Shown here in pieces: positions 18,368 to 28,421 of a stretch of 64,000 nt of DNA (position 1 is the first letter of the stretch; the number at the start of each line of letters is the position of its first letter). Both the position numbers and the translations under genes were made by a program. This stretch comes from a virus. Taxonomy: Duplodnaviria; Caudoviricetes. The notes under the pieces were generated by a model, which searched no databases, was not told where the DNA came from, and was given only the letters and a program-made list of their open reading frames with translations. Location of the stretch: the IMG/VR virus record IMGVR_UViG_3300035562_000082, positions 32,001-96,000 of that record, one strand, 5' to 3'.

Positions 18368-18853
18368 ATGCCGCTCACAGCCAAAGGTCAGAAAATCCTT
18401 GCCGCGATGATCGAGGAGTACGGTGAGGAGGAAGGTACCAAGGTTTTTTACGCCAGTGCAAATGCCGGGACCATCGAGGGCGTGCACGAGGCCAGTAAGA
18501 TCGATCGGGGGTTGGTGCTCAAGGTCGCGGTGAAGGACAAGGTGACGCCGGAACTTCCGTTGCCCAATCCATTGCCGGTGGATGCGCCGTACGCCAGTAC
18601 GCCGAACAACGGGCTGGCTGGCCGGCAGAAGCGCGTGCCCGGAAAGCTGAATTGGGCGATCCTAGGGCAGATGCCGGGTCAGACGTTTCCAACAATCAGA
18701 GGACAAGGCCAGCCAACGGATCCACCTCCGGTGTACACGTACCCCGGCGGACCGTTGGTGCAGGCGGCGAAGGCCGAGATCGGATCGTACGTTGATCCTA
18801 TGGGCGGGAGTTTGTGGTTGACCAAGGTTTTCAAAGGGGATGGCCATGTTTGA
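18368..18853 (+). CDS. Hypothetical phage protein
   Basis: N-terminal MPLTxKGxKIxxAMxxxYGxxxGxxVFYASxNxG motif common in phages. Confidence 0.6.
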   Translation: MPLTAKGQKILAAMIEEYGEEEGTKVFYASANAGTIEGVHEASKIDRGLVLKVAVKDKVTPELPLPNPLPVDAPYASTPNNGLAGRQKRVPGKLNWAILGQMPGQTFPTIRGQGQPTDPPPVYTYPGGPLVQAAKAEIGSYVDPMGGSLWLTKVFKGDGHV

Positions 18854-21407
18854 GGCGTTTACCAGCAGGACGCGCGTGCAGGCGCAGAAGCGAGAGTTCA
18901 CGGAGGAGGAACGTAAGAACGCGGCGGCTGCGGGGCACGCCATGCCCGATGGCAGTTATCCGATCGAGAACGAGGATGACCTGAAGAACGCCGTGATGTC
19001 CTACGGGCGGGCCGGGGATCCCGAGGCCGTGAAGTACCATATCAAGCAGCGGGCGAAGGGCTTGAACCGCATGGACCTCCTGCCCGATGATTGGACTGAG
19101 CGTCCAAAGGACGTGAAGAAGAGCGAACCGGTGGACCTCAAGTACTACGATCCGTTGTTGGGTCAGCATCAACTGCAATTGATTGCCAAAGGTGAACTGG
19201 CAACGTCCAACGGCAACAACGATCTGACGGACACCGCTAAGGCGTATTACACGGCTAAGGACAAGGCGCATGCGGCGACCGACGGCGCGAACAAGGCCAG
19301 CAGCGACTGTTTCTCCAACAACTGGAATTCCGACGCCCATTCGTTCGCGGAGAAGGCCCATGGGATTGCCGCCGAGGCCCACAAGGACGCGGCCAAGGCC
19401 GCACGCGCGAACAACGACAGCAAGAACGATGAGTACCATAAACAGAAGATCGAGACCCATCAAAAGATGTCGGACGTGCATAGCAGTATGCACACACTGA
19501 AGTCCGAGGCCAGTCCTTTGGACAAGGCCATGATGGAACTAAAGCTGGCGATGGCCGGCGCAAATGCAAGCACAGGGGCGGTCAAGGGGGACGCCCCAGG
19601 ACACCCTTTTCGGGGTAACCAGCACACGTCGGGCGGCGGTGCTGGTGATGATGCAGACAAGGCGTACGCCGAGCGCGTCAAAGCTCAATTGGAGGGAATG
19701 ACCGATAACAAGAAGGTAACTGCGTTGACTGAGTGGTTCAAGGCCGAGGGCAAAGAAGTACCATCGGCGGACACCATGAAGCGTTTGGCGTCCATGGATC
19801 ACGATTCGATGATGAGCGCCGTGGCCGAGCTTGCGCGCGGAGGTGCGTCAAAGGATTCGTACGACAAGAAGGGCATGCCGATCGCTGATCATCCGTACCA
19901 CGAGAAGACCAGCAACAGCCTGCACTTCATCATGCGCGATGCCCACGAGGCGGCGACCAACGCCCATGCCATGGGCGATAGCAAGGGTGAGGGCAAGTAC
20001 CTGGATCAGATCAATGACGCGGCGACGGTCTTGAACTATCGGAGATCCAACGGCATTACCGAGCCCCGTGCGGCGAAAAAGAACGAAGTTTTTGCGTACT
20101 TCGATCCGCTATTGGGCGCGGGCGTGCAGATTCACGTTACCAAGAGCAATCCCAATCACGATGAGAAGGGTCGATTTTCATCCGGTGATGGTGGGGGCGG
20201 TGATAAAGGCGGGGAGCCGCCGAAGCCCGGTAGCAAGGAATGGTTGGACGCGAAGTCCAGCGGGCCAATGCACAAGTACGAGGACTCAACGGGCAAGATG
20301 CACCATGGGTACATGGAGCAGTACCTGGATCATGGTGGGAGTGATCACACGGCGTTCATGCGCGATCATCAGACGGGTGACCTGCACTTGGTTAGCGGTT
20401 CGCGGCTGAAGTCCATGGGCGTGGTATCGGCCGAGGAGAAGGCCAAGGTCCAAGGTGGTGATGACAAGGGCGGGAAGACCGGCGATCGAACAGCCAGCTA
20501 TCGTGAGGCCATGGCCGCTGGACATGATGCGGCGAACAAGCAGATGAAGGCCGCTGGGCGTACGGCCTGGAATGAGGATGATTGGAATACGGCGGCGTCC
20601 ACTGTGGCGAAACTCACAGGTGGGGGAGGCTCAACTGAACCAAAGCCGACGGAGATTAAGCCCGAGGCTAAACCAGCGGATGAGCCCAGTGTACGACCCA
20701 AGGGTAAGTCCGGATACAGCGATGAGAACCTGAAGGGCTATGTCGCGGGTTTGGCGGACAAGGCCAAGGCCCATAAAGAGAAGATGGGCTACGGTGATAC
20801 GTACAACCCGAAGTACACGGTTGAGCACGGACAGCGCTATGCCAAGGTCGTGACCAACGACGGCAGCAGTCGATCGGTGCATTCGTTCATCGACAAGCAG
20901 ACGGGGAACATCCTGAAGGCCAATAGCTGGAAGGCCCCGCATCCTACGCCCAGGGGAAACATCGGCGACGACAATTTCGGGCTCAAGAACGTCGATCACT
21001 TTGGCGCGCGGTATTTGACGAAGGCCGACGGCGCATCGACGTTGGATACGGCGGTTGAGCAACTTGAGCAGGTGATGAAGTTCAACGAAAACCATGATGA
21101 ACAAGGACGTTTTTCGTCCGGGGATGGCGCAGGCGGCAAGACCGACGATGAAAAACCTATTGCGCACCCTAATCTCACAAAGCAGCTAACGAACGCCGGG
21201 TACAAGCGAGCGCCCGAAGATCTGTTGGACATAGGACCGGATGACCGACTTGAGTTGTGGACGCATCCGAATCGTGATCCGTTGTTGCTCAAGGTCCATG
21301 GGCAGCTTCAGACCATGATCTCAACCCGTACGTTGTTGACCGATCAGAAGATCGCGCGTTCGCCCGAGGGTCGGTTGTTTCTTCAACAGGTGATGAAAGC
21401 CGCGTAG
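18840..21407 (+). CDS. Large multidomain (polyvalent) protein, probably virion-packaged
   Basis: 855 aa; MPDGSYPI module; repeated NxxHDxxGRF and GHxFxGNQ tags; VHSFIDKQTGNILKAxSWKAP module. Confidence 0.7.
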   Translation: MAMFEAFTSRTRVQAQKREFTEEERKNAAAAGHAMPDGSYPIENEDDLKNAVMSYGRAGDPEAVKYHIKQRAKGLNRMDLLPDDWTERPKDVKKSEPVDLKYYDPLLGQHQLQLIAKGELATSNGNNDLTDTAKAYYTAKDKAHAATDGANKASSDCFSNNWNSDAHSFAEKAHGIAAEAHKDAAKAARANNDSKNDEYHKQKIETHQKMSDVHSSMHTLKSEASPLDKAMMELKLAMAGANASTGAVKGDAPGHPFRGNQHTSGGGAGDDADKAYAERVKAQLEGMTDNKKVTALTEWFKAEGKEVPSADTMKRLASMDHDSMMSAVAELARGGASKDSYDKKGMPIADHPYHEKTSNSLHFIMRDAHEAATNAHAMGDSKGEGKYLDQINDAATVLNYRRSNGITEPRAAKKNEVFAYFDPLLGAGVQIHVTKSNPNHDEKGRFSSGDGGGGDKGGEPPKPGSKEWLDAKSSGPMHKYEDSTGKMHHGYMEQYLDHGGSDHTAFMRDHQTGDLHLVSGSRLKSMGVVSAEEKAKVQGGDDKGGKTGDRTASYREAMAAGHDAANKQMKAAGRTAWNEDDWNTAASTVAKLTGGGGSTEPKPTEIKPEAKPADEPSVRPKGKSGYSDENLKGYVAGLADKAKAHKEKMGYGDTYNPKYTVEHGQRYAKVVTNDGSSRSVHSFIDKQTGNILKANSWKAPHPTPRGNIGDDNFGLKNVDHFGARYLTKADGASTLDTAVEQLEQVMKFNENHDEQGRFSSGDGAGGKTDDEKPIAHPNLTKQLTNAGYKRAPEDLLDIGPDDRLELWTHPNRDPLLLKVHGQLQTMISTRTLLTDQKIARSPEGRLFLQQVMKAA

Positions 21408-21408
21408 T

Positions 21409-24003
21409 GTGTACGCCCGGATCTTTAAGTTCAATCCCCATCATGATGCCCAAGGTCGGTTTGCGACCGGCGGGATCAGCAATTCCGACTTTAGTCCGTT
21501 AGATCGGAAGATCCTCAACTATAATCCGAAGAAACCACTGGATGCCAGTGGCGGGGATGATCTACAGCGCATCGAGGATCTGATTCCCGGCGCACAGTAC
21601 GTACCGTATACCAAGACCCCGTTCTTTGATCAACTGACGGCTCTTCAGGGTGTGCACCCGAAGGACGTTGAGGGCTATCCTCATGCAAAAGCCCGTAAGG
21701 AATTGTTTGTCAAGCAGCCGGTGGAAGACCTGCCGTCCAAGGACTTGATTTTCACTCAGAACGTGGTGAACATCAAGGGCATAGCGCGGGCTGGTGGAAA
21801 TCCGGATCCATCACCCGCACAGGTAGTGCGGTATCAGGGTAAGAACTACCTGATGGACGGTCATCATCGGGTGGTCGATGGAATAGCCCATGGTGAGTCC
21901 ACGGTGCACGCGCATGTACTGACGATCGAGCCCGAGGCTAAAAAGTATGCGCAGATCCTGAAGTTCAATCCTTATCACGATGATAATGGACGGTTTACCG
22001 TTCAAGAAGGCGGGGTGTTACCCGGGCACAAGAACATCCCGACCATCAACGCCATGCGCATGGCCATGGACAAGGTCGGGGAGGCGGAGTTCGAACGTCG
22101 GGTACGCGATCACGTAACGACCTTGGGCCGGCAGTTGACGGCCGATGAGTACTCACATGAGGTGGAGCGTATAGCCCGGCAACTGATTGCCCAGAAGTTG
22201 GAGTTCGCGCGGATTCTGAAGTTCAACGAGAACCACGATGAACGGGGACGGTTTGCCAGTGGGCCGTCGAGTGGTGAGGATTTGCCGAAGAGCGTGGCGC
22301 TGTCGGTCTCTGGTGAGCCGGTAGTTCGAGATCCAGGTTGGAAGAACCAAGCGATTTATGCTGAGAGGATGATTCGTGAAACCGCGAGTAAGTTACGGTT
22401 CAAGGGCGATGTACAAGTGATCTACGGCGAGGCCCCGTCGTTCAAGGTCGGAGACGCCACGTACAGAGAAGGTGGTCATTGGGATGCGCAGAACAATCGG
22501 ATTGTGATCCGTGGTGATTGGACGTTGGATAAGACCACGCAGAATTTTGGTGGAGCGGCGATTGCCGGAGTGACTGCTCATGAGGTTCAGCATTCGCGCT
22601 GGACCTACGCTAAGGGTGAGTACGAATTGGCATCAGCGTTGATCAGCAAGGAACCACGAGGAGAAGCAGCGTACAAAGATCCGGTAATGCGTGCCAGTGG
22701 TGAGTTGAAACCTCCGTATGATGCTAAGTACCCGGCGTACGTGCAGTGGAATGCGGTGTTTAACGACGGCAAGATCCAGGATCAGCTAGAGAAAGAAGAT
22801 GGAGTTACGGACTATAGTCGGGCGTATTGGAAGAACAAGGACGCACCGTTGTGGAGAGAGCGGGCGATTGACGAGACGCTGGCGGAGATCGCTAATCTCA
22901 AGGCCCAAAACAAGTACTATAAGGCCGCCCCGTCTTGGGAGAAGGCGTATAAAGCGGTGAACCGCATTGCCCGTGATTTTGCCAGTGGTGCAAATCGTCG
23001 GGCGTATCAAGCGGGTGATCCGAATCGTGTGGTGAAGGCCGAACAGAATCTGTGGGGGTTCGATGCGCGGTTCAAACTCTGTCCGGTAGATCAAGCGGTG
23101 GTGCTGAAGTACTTTGAACCCGATGGCTCACACACGTGGTTGACGCCTATTCCGGACAAACAGAAACCTGAGTATGCGGATATTTTGAAGTGGGATGAGA
23201 ATCAGCCACGAGATGATCGTGGGCGGTGGACCAGTGGTGGCGGAGATCTAGGACCAACCAGGGCAGAGCGCATTAAGGAACTTGCACAAGGACTGACGCC
23301 TGGAGATTACAGTAGCTTGCCGCCGAAGGCCGTGCAACCAACGGCCAACAAGGACGAGTTGTACAAGCGCGCGGCCGAGGGCCTGGAGCAGCTACGGGAC
23401 TGGTTGAACCGTGGAACGGGCGTGGCGTGCAAGATGGGCTACACGTTGGTGAAGAAGAGCCCGGATGACATGACAGCCGAGGACTGGCGGCAATCGAGCA
23501 AGCTGCTGTTCATCGCGCCGTTGAAGGGCATGGGGCGGGCGGAGGAGAAGGTCAACGCCGACTACCATGGTGACTGGTCACAGCTTAAGGACGTGGTGCG
23601 CTGTACGTTGGCGACGGACAACGTGAATCAGTTGCAGGACACCATTCGAACGCTGGAGAAGCAGGGCATGGTGTTGGCCCAGCGGCCGAAAAATAACATG
23701 GAAAACGCTTCTAAATACTGTTATCGAGATGTGAATTTGGTGGTAAAGCTACCTAATGGATTGTTGGCGGAGGTGCAGTTCAACGTCAAGGACATGCTTC
23801 AGGCCAAGAACGAGGCCCACCGGTATTACGAGATCACGCGGTCGATCGAGGCCAAGCACACGGTGGACGGCGTGCAGTCGGACGCTCGTACGTGGCCGGA
23901 AAAGGATCAGGAGGATCATGCAGATGCAGCGGCAGTGCAGACCCACGTTTACCAGGATGCGTGGAGTGCTCATGTACGACAGTACTACAAGAAAAAACCG
24001 TGA
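21409..24003 (+). CDS. Polyvalent protein: ParB/Srx-like domain, zincin-like HExxH domain and RelA/SpoT-like nucleotidyltransferase
   Basis: YLMDGHHRV; AHEVQH...ETLAE; PLKGxxRAxEK...LKDVVR...YRDVNL...AEVQF; four Y/FAxIxKF/W-initiated tags. Confidence 0.75.
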   Translation: MYARIFKFNPHHDAQGRFATGGISNSDFSPLDRKILNYNPKKPLDASGGDDLQRIEDLIPGAQYVPYTKTPFFDQLTALQGVHPKDVEGYPHAKARKELFVKQPVEDLPSKDLIFTQNVVNIKGIARAGGNPDPSPAQVVRYQGKNYLMDGHHRVVDGIAHGESTVHAHVLTIEPEAKKYAQILKFNPYHDDNGRFTVQEGGVLPGHKNIPTINAMRMAMDKVGEAEFERRVRDHVTTLGRQLTADEYSHEVERIARQLIAQKLEFARILKFNENHDERGRFASGPSSGEDLPKSVALSVSGEPVVRDPGWKNQAIYAERMIRETASKLRFKGDVQVIYGEAPSFKVGDATYREGGHWDAQNNRIVIRGDWTLDKTTQNFGGAAIAGVTAHEVQHSRWTYAKGEYELASALISKEPRGEAAYKDPVMRASGELKPPYDAKYPAYVQWNAVFNDGKIQDQLEKEDGVTDYSRAYWKNKDAPLWRERAIDETLAEIANLKAQNKYYKAAPSWEKAYKAVNRIARDFASGANRRAYQAGDPNRVVKAEQNLWGFDARFKLCPVDQAVVLKYFEPDGSHTWLTPIPDKQKPEYADILKWDENQPRDDRGRWTSGGGDLGPTRAERIKELAQGLTPGDYSSLPPKAVQPTANKDELYKRAAEGLEQLRDWLNRGTGVACKMGYTLVKKSPDDMTAEDWRQSSKLLFIAPLKGMGRAEEKVNADYHGDWSQLKDVVRCTLATDNVNQLQDTIRTLEKQGMVLAQRPKNNMENASKYCYRDVNLVVKLPNGLLAEVQFNVKDMLQAKNEAHRYYEITRSIEAKHTVDGVQSDARTWPEKDQEDHADAAAVQTHVYQDAWSAHVRQYYKKKP

Positions 24004-24229
24004 TATACTGGGACTGATGGGCCTGTAGGCCCAGGGTTGTTACCATGGTCGAGTACGCGGAATTGGAGGGCGTGGTTTACCGTACGCGAGCGGACGGGTT
24101 CTTTGCCGAGCACGCGTATGGCGGAGCGTGGACGCCTGGGGGAAGCAATTCCAGGGTCTGTATGTACGGCCGACCAATGACCGAGAGCGAGGCCCGAAAG
24201 TTCTTGGGGTCGGAGTGGCCCGAAGGCCC

Positions 24230-24258
24230 TTGACAAACCTTTAGGGCTGTGCCATACT
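24230..24258 (+). promoter_or_regulatory. sigma70-type promoter P6
   Basis: TTGACA-17-CATACT. Confidence 0.8.
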
Positions 24259-24378
24259 ACGTCTGTAGTGTGATTTTCTTGTCAAGGAGTGACAAATGAC
24301 GATCGTCTGTGGTGTGGTGCTCGCGGTGTTCCTCGTGGTCTGCCTTGTGGGTTGTGCGGCTAGCGAGGGTTTCTACTG

Positions 24379-26349
24379 ATGGCCATCGAGTTCTATCCGA
24401 TTACCGAGTCTCTGCTGCCGGAGAACGCGAACAAAGAGTTCCTGGGTAGCAAGGGCTATTTCCTGTGGTGGATGGCCCAGCAAGGACTTCCAGTTCCCCC
24501 GGCCGTAGTTTTGCCGACGACCGTTTGTCGTGAGTACTGGACGAAGCCCAAGTCGGTAATGCGTGAGGTTCGATCCACGGTCATTCAGATTGCCGCGTAC
24601 TTTCAGAAGCAATGGGGGTACATGCCGTTGTTGGCCGTTCGTTCTGGCGCAGCGAATTCGATGCCGGGCATGATGGACACCATCCTGAACGTCGGACTCG
24701 ATCCCGCGAACGAAGAGTTCTGGCGCAAGCGCCTGGGCGATAGCTGCTACGACAATTGTCGGCATCGGTTGATCACCATGTACGGCGATGTCGTCAAGGG
24801 CTTGGACCGACAGGAGTTGAAGGACCGCAGTGTGCAGGAGGCGCTGGCGTACTATCAGAAGGCCATGGGTGAATTCCCGGGGTTCAGAGACCAGCTAGTG
24901 GGCGCTGTTGAGGCGGTGTTGAAGTCCTGGAACACTGATCGGGCGAAGTTCTACCGCAGCAAGTACAAGATCTCCGATGATGGTGGAACGGCCGTTGTTA
25001 TTCAGGCCATGGTCTTTGGCAACCTGAACAAGAACAGTGGTTCGGGTGTGATGTTCACCCGCAATCCGATTACAGGAGAGAACGAAGCCACGGGGAATTT
25101 TTTGGCCATGGCCCAGGGTGAGGACGTGGTGGGTAATGCGCTCGCGCCGAATTTGAAGGCCATGGGCAAAAGCCATCCGAAGGCCGCGAAGAGTGTGTTG
25201 GCGCTTGCGACCAAGCTTGAACACACGTTGAAGGACATGCAGGACGTGGAGTTCACGGTGCAGGATGGGGAGGTGTGGCTGTTGCAAACGCGCACGGGCA
25301 AACGCGAAGTCCGGGCAGCGGTGAAGATCGCGTACGACATGGTGCACGAGCAGTTGATCACCGTGCAAGAGGCGGTCAAGCGCGCAAACCCTCGTCAGTT
25401 GGATCTTCTACAGCAACGGGCAGTGGCCCCGACGTTTACTAAAGCCCCGACGTTCATTGGCATGCCCGCGTGTTCGGGCGCGGTGGTGGGTAAACCGGTG
25501 TTCACCGCACAAGCGGCAATCGATTGCCAGGAACCGTGTATCCTGGTGCGCAAGAACACCGATGTGGATGACATCGAGGGCATGGTCGCTGCGGCGGGGA
25601 TCCTGGCCATGACCGGTAGCGAAACCTGTCATCCGGCGATAGTGGCCAGGGGCATGAACAAACCGTGCGTAGTGGCGCTCAAGCAATCGCTGGAGGTGTT
25701 CAATAACGTGGATCGTATTTCGATCGATGGTGCGACCGGTCGGGTGTGGTTGGAGGCCGTGCCCATGGTCGAGGCCGATAACACGGACTTGGTTCGGGCA
25801 TTTCAGTCGATGATGATTCGGGCGTTGGATGTTGTTCCGGTGTCCGATACACCGATTGAGGGCGTGAACACCGTGTTTCTTGATCTAGGAGGACGGTTGC
25901 ACGATCAAGGACTGGTATTGAGCATGGTGATGGCCGCGCTGGATGCGGCGGATACCGTGTACGTGGACTGCCGGTGGGCCGATAGGCCGGAGGCCGAGCG
26001 ATCGATGATGGACATGTTTTACCACAATTGCAAGTACGAACAGCAGTTTGTGCAGTTCCTGGACGAACATGTACCGGCGGAGAAACTTAGTAAGCTGGTG
26101 TTGCTGACCAATCAAAAGCCGACGAAAATACAGGTAATGAGTTGTGCCACGGGCTTGGCGGACTTGATCATGGCCAATGGCTGGATAGCAATTGAGCCCG
26201 GGCATGAACTTGGGTTCGCGGATCCGCAGGTGTCCAAGGTCTTGTCGTGGCAAAAGGCTGATGGACTACAGATTTTGTACTTGAATCATCATCGTGCAGA
26301 TGGCCGATCGGTGTTGAGCCCCGAGCAGGTCATGCAGTTGCTAGGGTAG
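24379..26349 (+). CDS. PPDK-like protein: ATP-grasp domain plus phospho-His swivel domain, with a non-canonical C-terminus
   Basis: LGSKG, GLPVPP, VRSGA..SMPGMMDTILNVG, QAMVFGN..SGSGVMFTRNP, QGEDVV, DVEFTVQ..LLQTR, TCHPAIVARG; the last ~200 aa lack the PEP/pyruvate TIM barrel. Confidence 0.9.
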   Translation: MAIEFYPITESLLPENANKEFLGSKGYFLWWMAQQGLPVPPAVVLPTTVCREYWTKPKSVMREVRSTVIQIAAYFQKQWGYMPLLAVRSGAANSMPGMMDTILNVGLDPANEEFWRKRLGDSCYDNCRHRLITMYGDVVKGLDRQELKDRSVQEALAYYQKAMGEFPGFRDQLVGAVEAVLKSWNTDRAKFYRSKYKISDDGGTAVVIQAMVFGNLNKNSGSGVMFTRNPITGENEATGNFLAMAQGEDVVGNALAPNLKAMGKSHPKAAKSVLALATKLEHTLKDMQDVEFTVQDGEVWLLQTRTGKREVRAAVKIAYDMVHEQLITVQEAVKRANPRQLDLLQQRAVAPTFTKAPTFIGMPACSGAVVGKPVFTAQAAIDCQEPCILVRKNTDVDDIEGMVAAAGILAMTGSETCHPAIVARGMNKPCVVALKQSLEVFNNVDRISIDGATGRVWLEAVPMVEADNTDLVRAFQSMMIRALDVVPVSDTPIEGVNTVFLDLGGRLHDQGLVLSMVMAALDAADTVYVDCRWADRPEAERSMMDMFYHNCKYEQQFVQFLDEHVPAEKLSKLVLLTNQKPTKIQVMSCATGLADLIMANGWIAIEPGHELGFADPQVSKVLSWQKADGLQILYLNHHRADGRSVLSPEQVMQLLG

Positions 26350-26406
26350 TTGCCTGAATGACATTCGGAAGCTACAATCGGGAGGAGCCGATGCACGCGT
26401 CGCCGG

Positions 26407-26856
26407 ATGCACACAGACTGTCCAAAGTGCGGGAGTTCCAGTGCCTGTTATCAACTAAATGGGCCGGATATTGTACTGCATTGTTTGTGCGGGTTCTTCC
26501 GCGTGGTGTTCTCTCAGTTGGAGACCGTGGAGATCCATCACAACGGGGTGGGCGCGGATGTTCGTCTGCCGAAGACCGGCACGCACTTACGTCGAACGTT
26601 GTTTGCGGTCGAGAACTTGGAAGAAGCGAATACAGCGGAGATCGCAGAACGGTTGTGGGACCTGGGGTTGCACTACACTATGAGTGATGTAGCGTCGTAC
26701 CTCACGATCTTACGGTCCAAGGGTTTAGTGGAGTCACCGGTTATCCGTCGGGGGGTGGCCGGTGGAAGCACCTGGACGTTGACCGATGCGGCGATGGATT
26801 TACTGGGGGCCTTACAGCCAAGCAATGGAGTGCAAATATGCTATCGATCGGGGTAA
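26407..26856 (+). CDS. Zn-ribbon plus winged-HTH protein
   Basis: CPKC...CLCG; EIAERL...VASYLTILRSKGLV...TWTLT. Confidence 0.65.
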   Translation: MHTDCPKCGSSSACYQLNGPDIVLHCLCGFFRVVFSQLETVEIHHNGVGADVRLPKTGTHLRRTLFAVENLEEANTAEIAERLWDLGLHYTMSDVASYLTILRSKGLVESPVIRRGVAGGSTWTLTDAAMDLLGALQPSNGVQICYRSG

Positions 26857-27128
26857 TTACCGGGAGTCAGATCAACATTTGGACAATGCCGGGTTGTCCA
26901 GATCCATGGCGCGAGGTCGTGCAGATCCTGGAGGCGCGGCCGAAGATGGTGACGCTGAAGGTCAACGGCCGTAAGCCCGTGGTGGTCACCGACGAAGAGC
27001 AGATTGAGATCCTGCCGGCGGTGAAGGTCCAGGTAGGGGTGAAGGACGGTCTGAACATCAGCGGTAGTCGTTTGGCGTTTGATGCCCCGAGGTACATTCA
27101 AATCCAACGGGTGCGAGAGCGTGCTTAA
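26838..27128 (+). CDS. Possible CsrA/RsmA-like protein
   Basis: MLSIGVITGSQINI...RLAFDAPRYIQIQR resembles CsrA termini (ML.L....GE.I.I...RIGI.APK.V.V.R), with an internal insertion. Confidence 0.4.
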   Translation: MLSIGVITGSQINIWTMPGCPDPWREVVQILEARPKMVTLKVNGRKPVVVTDEEQIEILPAVKVQVGVKDGLNISGSRLAFDAPRYIQIQRVRERA

Positions 27129-27436
27129 ACTCAGCGATCGGGTGAAGGCCATTGCTGTAGAGGAGGGGATTACGTTGTTGGAGTTGGAGACCATGGTGGA
27201 ACGCGCGGCGGTGATCACCAAGGGCGCGTTCAATCGCCGATATCACAACTGGGTGTTCTCGATGTCCGATGAAACGGCGGTTGAGGACATGCGGTCGTTC
27301 GTGATGCGTGGGGGTGGTTCTGCCCGAGTAGATCACCAAGAATGTGCGGGCAAAGGTTGTAAACTCTGTGGATGGTGGGGTAAGCTTTTGATATGAAAGG
27401 CTGTTAAACTGTAGGTAACCTAAAGGAGTAGGTGAC

Positions 27437-27931
27437 ATGTTGGGAAATCTGAAACTTCCGTTGTACTTTGGTAGCCATTACATGGTCTGGGGTGGGCCGT
27501 ACTTGGAACGCCCGCAGGGCATGGTGTCGGTCAAGCTCGCGCGGGAGATCAATGCGCCGGCTGACCTGGAACTTCCGATCAAGGACTTCAGTACACCCGA
27601 ACAAGCGGCCACCGACGCGGTGATGCGTGTGGCTGTGGCGTTCATTCTACGAGGTGAACCGCTGTACGCTGGGTGCATGGGCGGTCGAGGTCGTACGGGG
27701 TTGTTTCTGTCGCTGTTGGCCAAAGCCTTTGGCGTACGTAGTCCCGTGCAGTACGTGCGGGCGAACTACTACGAGCATGCGGTGGAAACCGTGCAGCAAA
27801 TGGAGTTCGTGCGCGACTACCAGATTCCGTTGGACGTGCAGAAGGCCGTGCGACGTGCCAAGTGGCGGTCGTTGTTTTCGTTCGGGCGGAACATGACGGT
27901 GTACAACGGGGTGTTCGCCCAGGCCGCTTGA
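27437..27931 (+). CDS. Cys-based PTP/dual-specificity phosphatase-like protein
   Basis: PIKDFSTP; CX5R loop GCMGGRGRTG; AVETxxQ. Confidence 0.85.
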   Translation: MLGNLKLPLYFGSHYMVWGGPYLERPQGMVSVKLAREINAPADLELPIKDFSTPEQAATDAVMRVAVAFILRGEPLYAGCMGGRGRTGLFLSLLAKAFGVRSPVQYVRANYYEHAVETVQQMEFVRDYQIPLDVQKAVRRAKWRSLFSFGRNMTVYNGVFAQAA

Positions 27932-27956
27932 CAGACGACGGTGTTTGTACTATAGT
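27928..27956 (+). promoter_or_regulatory. sigma70-type promoter P7
   Basis: TTGACA-17-TATAGT. Confidence 0.8.
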
Positions 27957-27983
27957 TTGAAGTACTCCAAGGAGTGGGGTGTT

Positions 27984-28421
27984 GTGGGCGGAATTGATAG
28001 ACAACGGTATTTAGTAGACCCTGCATATAGGGCTCATGTTACTGCTAATAACAGAGCTTCTTATGCTCGCAGACAAGCAATTAAAGGAAAGCTGGTTAAA
28101 TCTATTGGTCCATGTGCGCCGCGTAAAAACGTTATTCCGTTGTCGGGCGTACAACATCATCATAGGCAGAGGTACAGTTTAGAACCTTGTGAATTTGATC
28201 GTCTGTATGAAGAACAGGAAGGGAAGTGCGCTTGTTGTTTTTCGCTTTTTGTGGAACCGGGTAAACTCCATGTAGACCATGATCATGAATTGAATAAAGT
28301 GCGAGGATTGTTATGCCATAAGTGTAATCGTGGTATTGGTCTACTTGGTGATACGTTAGAATCAGTTCAAAGGGCCGTTAGTTATTTATTGAAATCCCAA
28401 GGAGTGGGAGTAAAAGAGTGA
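27984..28421 (+). CDS. Endonuclease VII-family (His-Me) nuclease, probably a homing endonuclease
   Basis: QEGKCACC...HVDHDH...VRGLLCHKCNRGIG; AT-rich insert; start codon uncertain. Confidence 0.88.
   Translation: MGGIDRQRYLVDPAYRAHVTANNRASYARRQAIKGKLVKSIGPCAPRKNVIPLSGVQHHHRQRYSLEPCEFDRLYEEQEGKCACCFSLFVEPGKLHVDHDHELNKVRGLLCHKCNRGIGLLGDTLESVQRAVSYLLKSQGVGVKE

Noticed and set aside
24379-26349. Canonical ppdK as a carbon-metabolism auxiliary gene
   Set aside because: 656 aa and no C-terminal PEP/pyruvate barrel, so the gene symbol is withheld.
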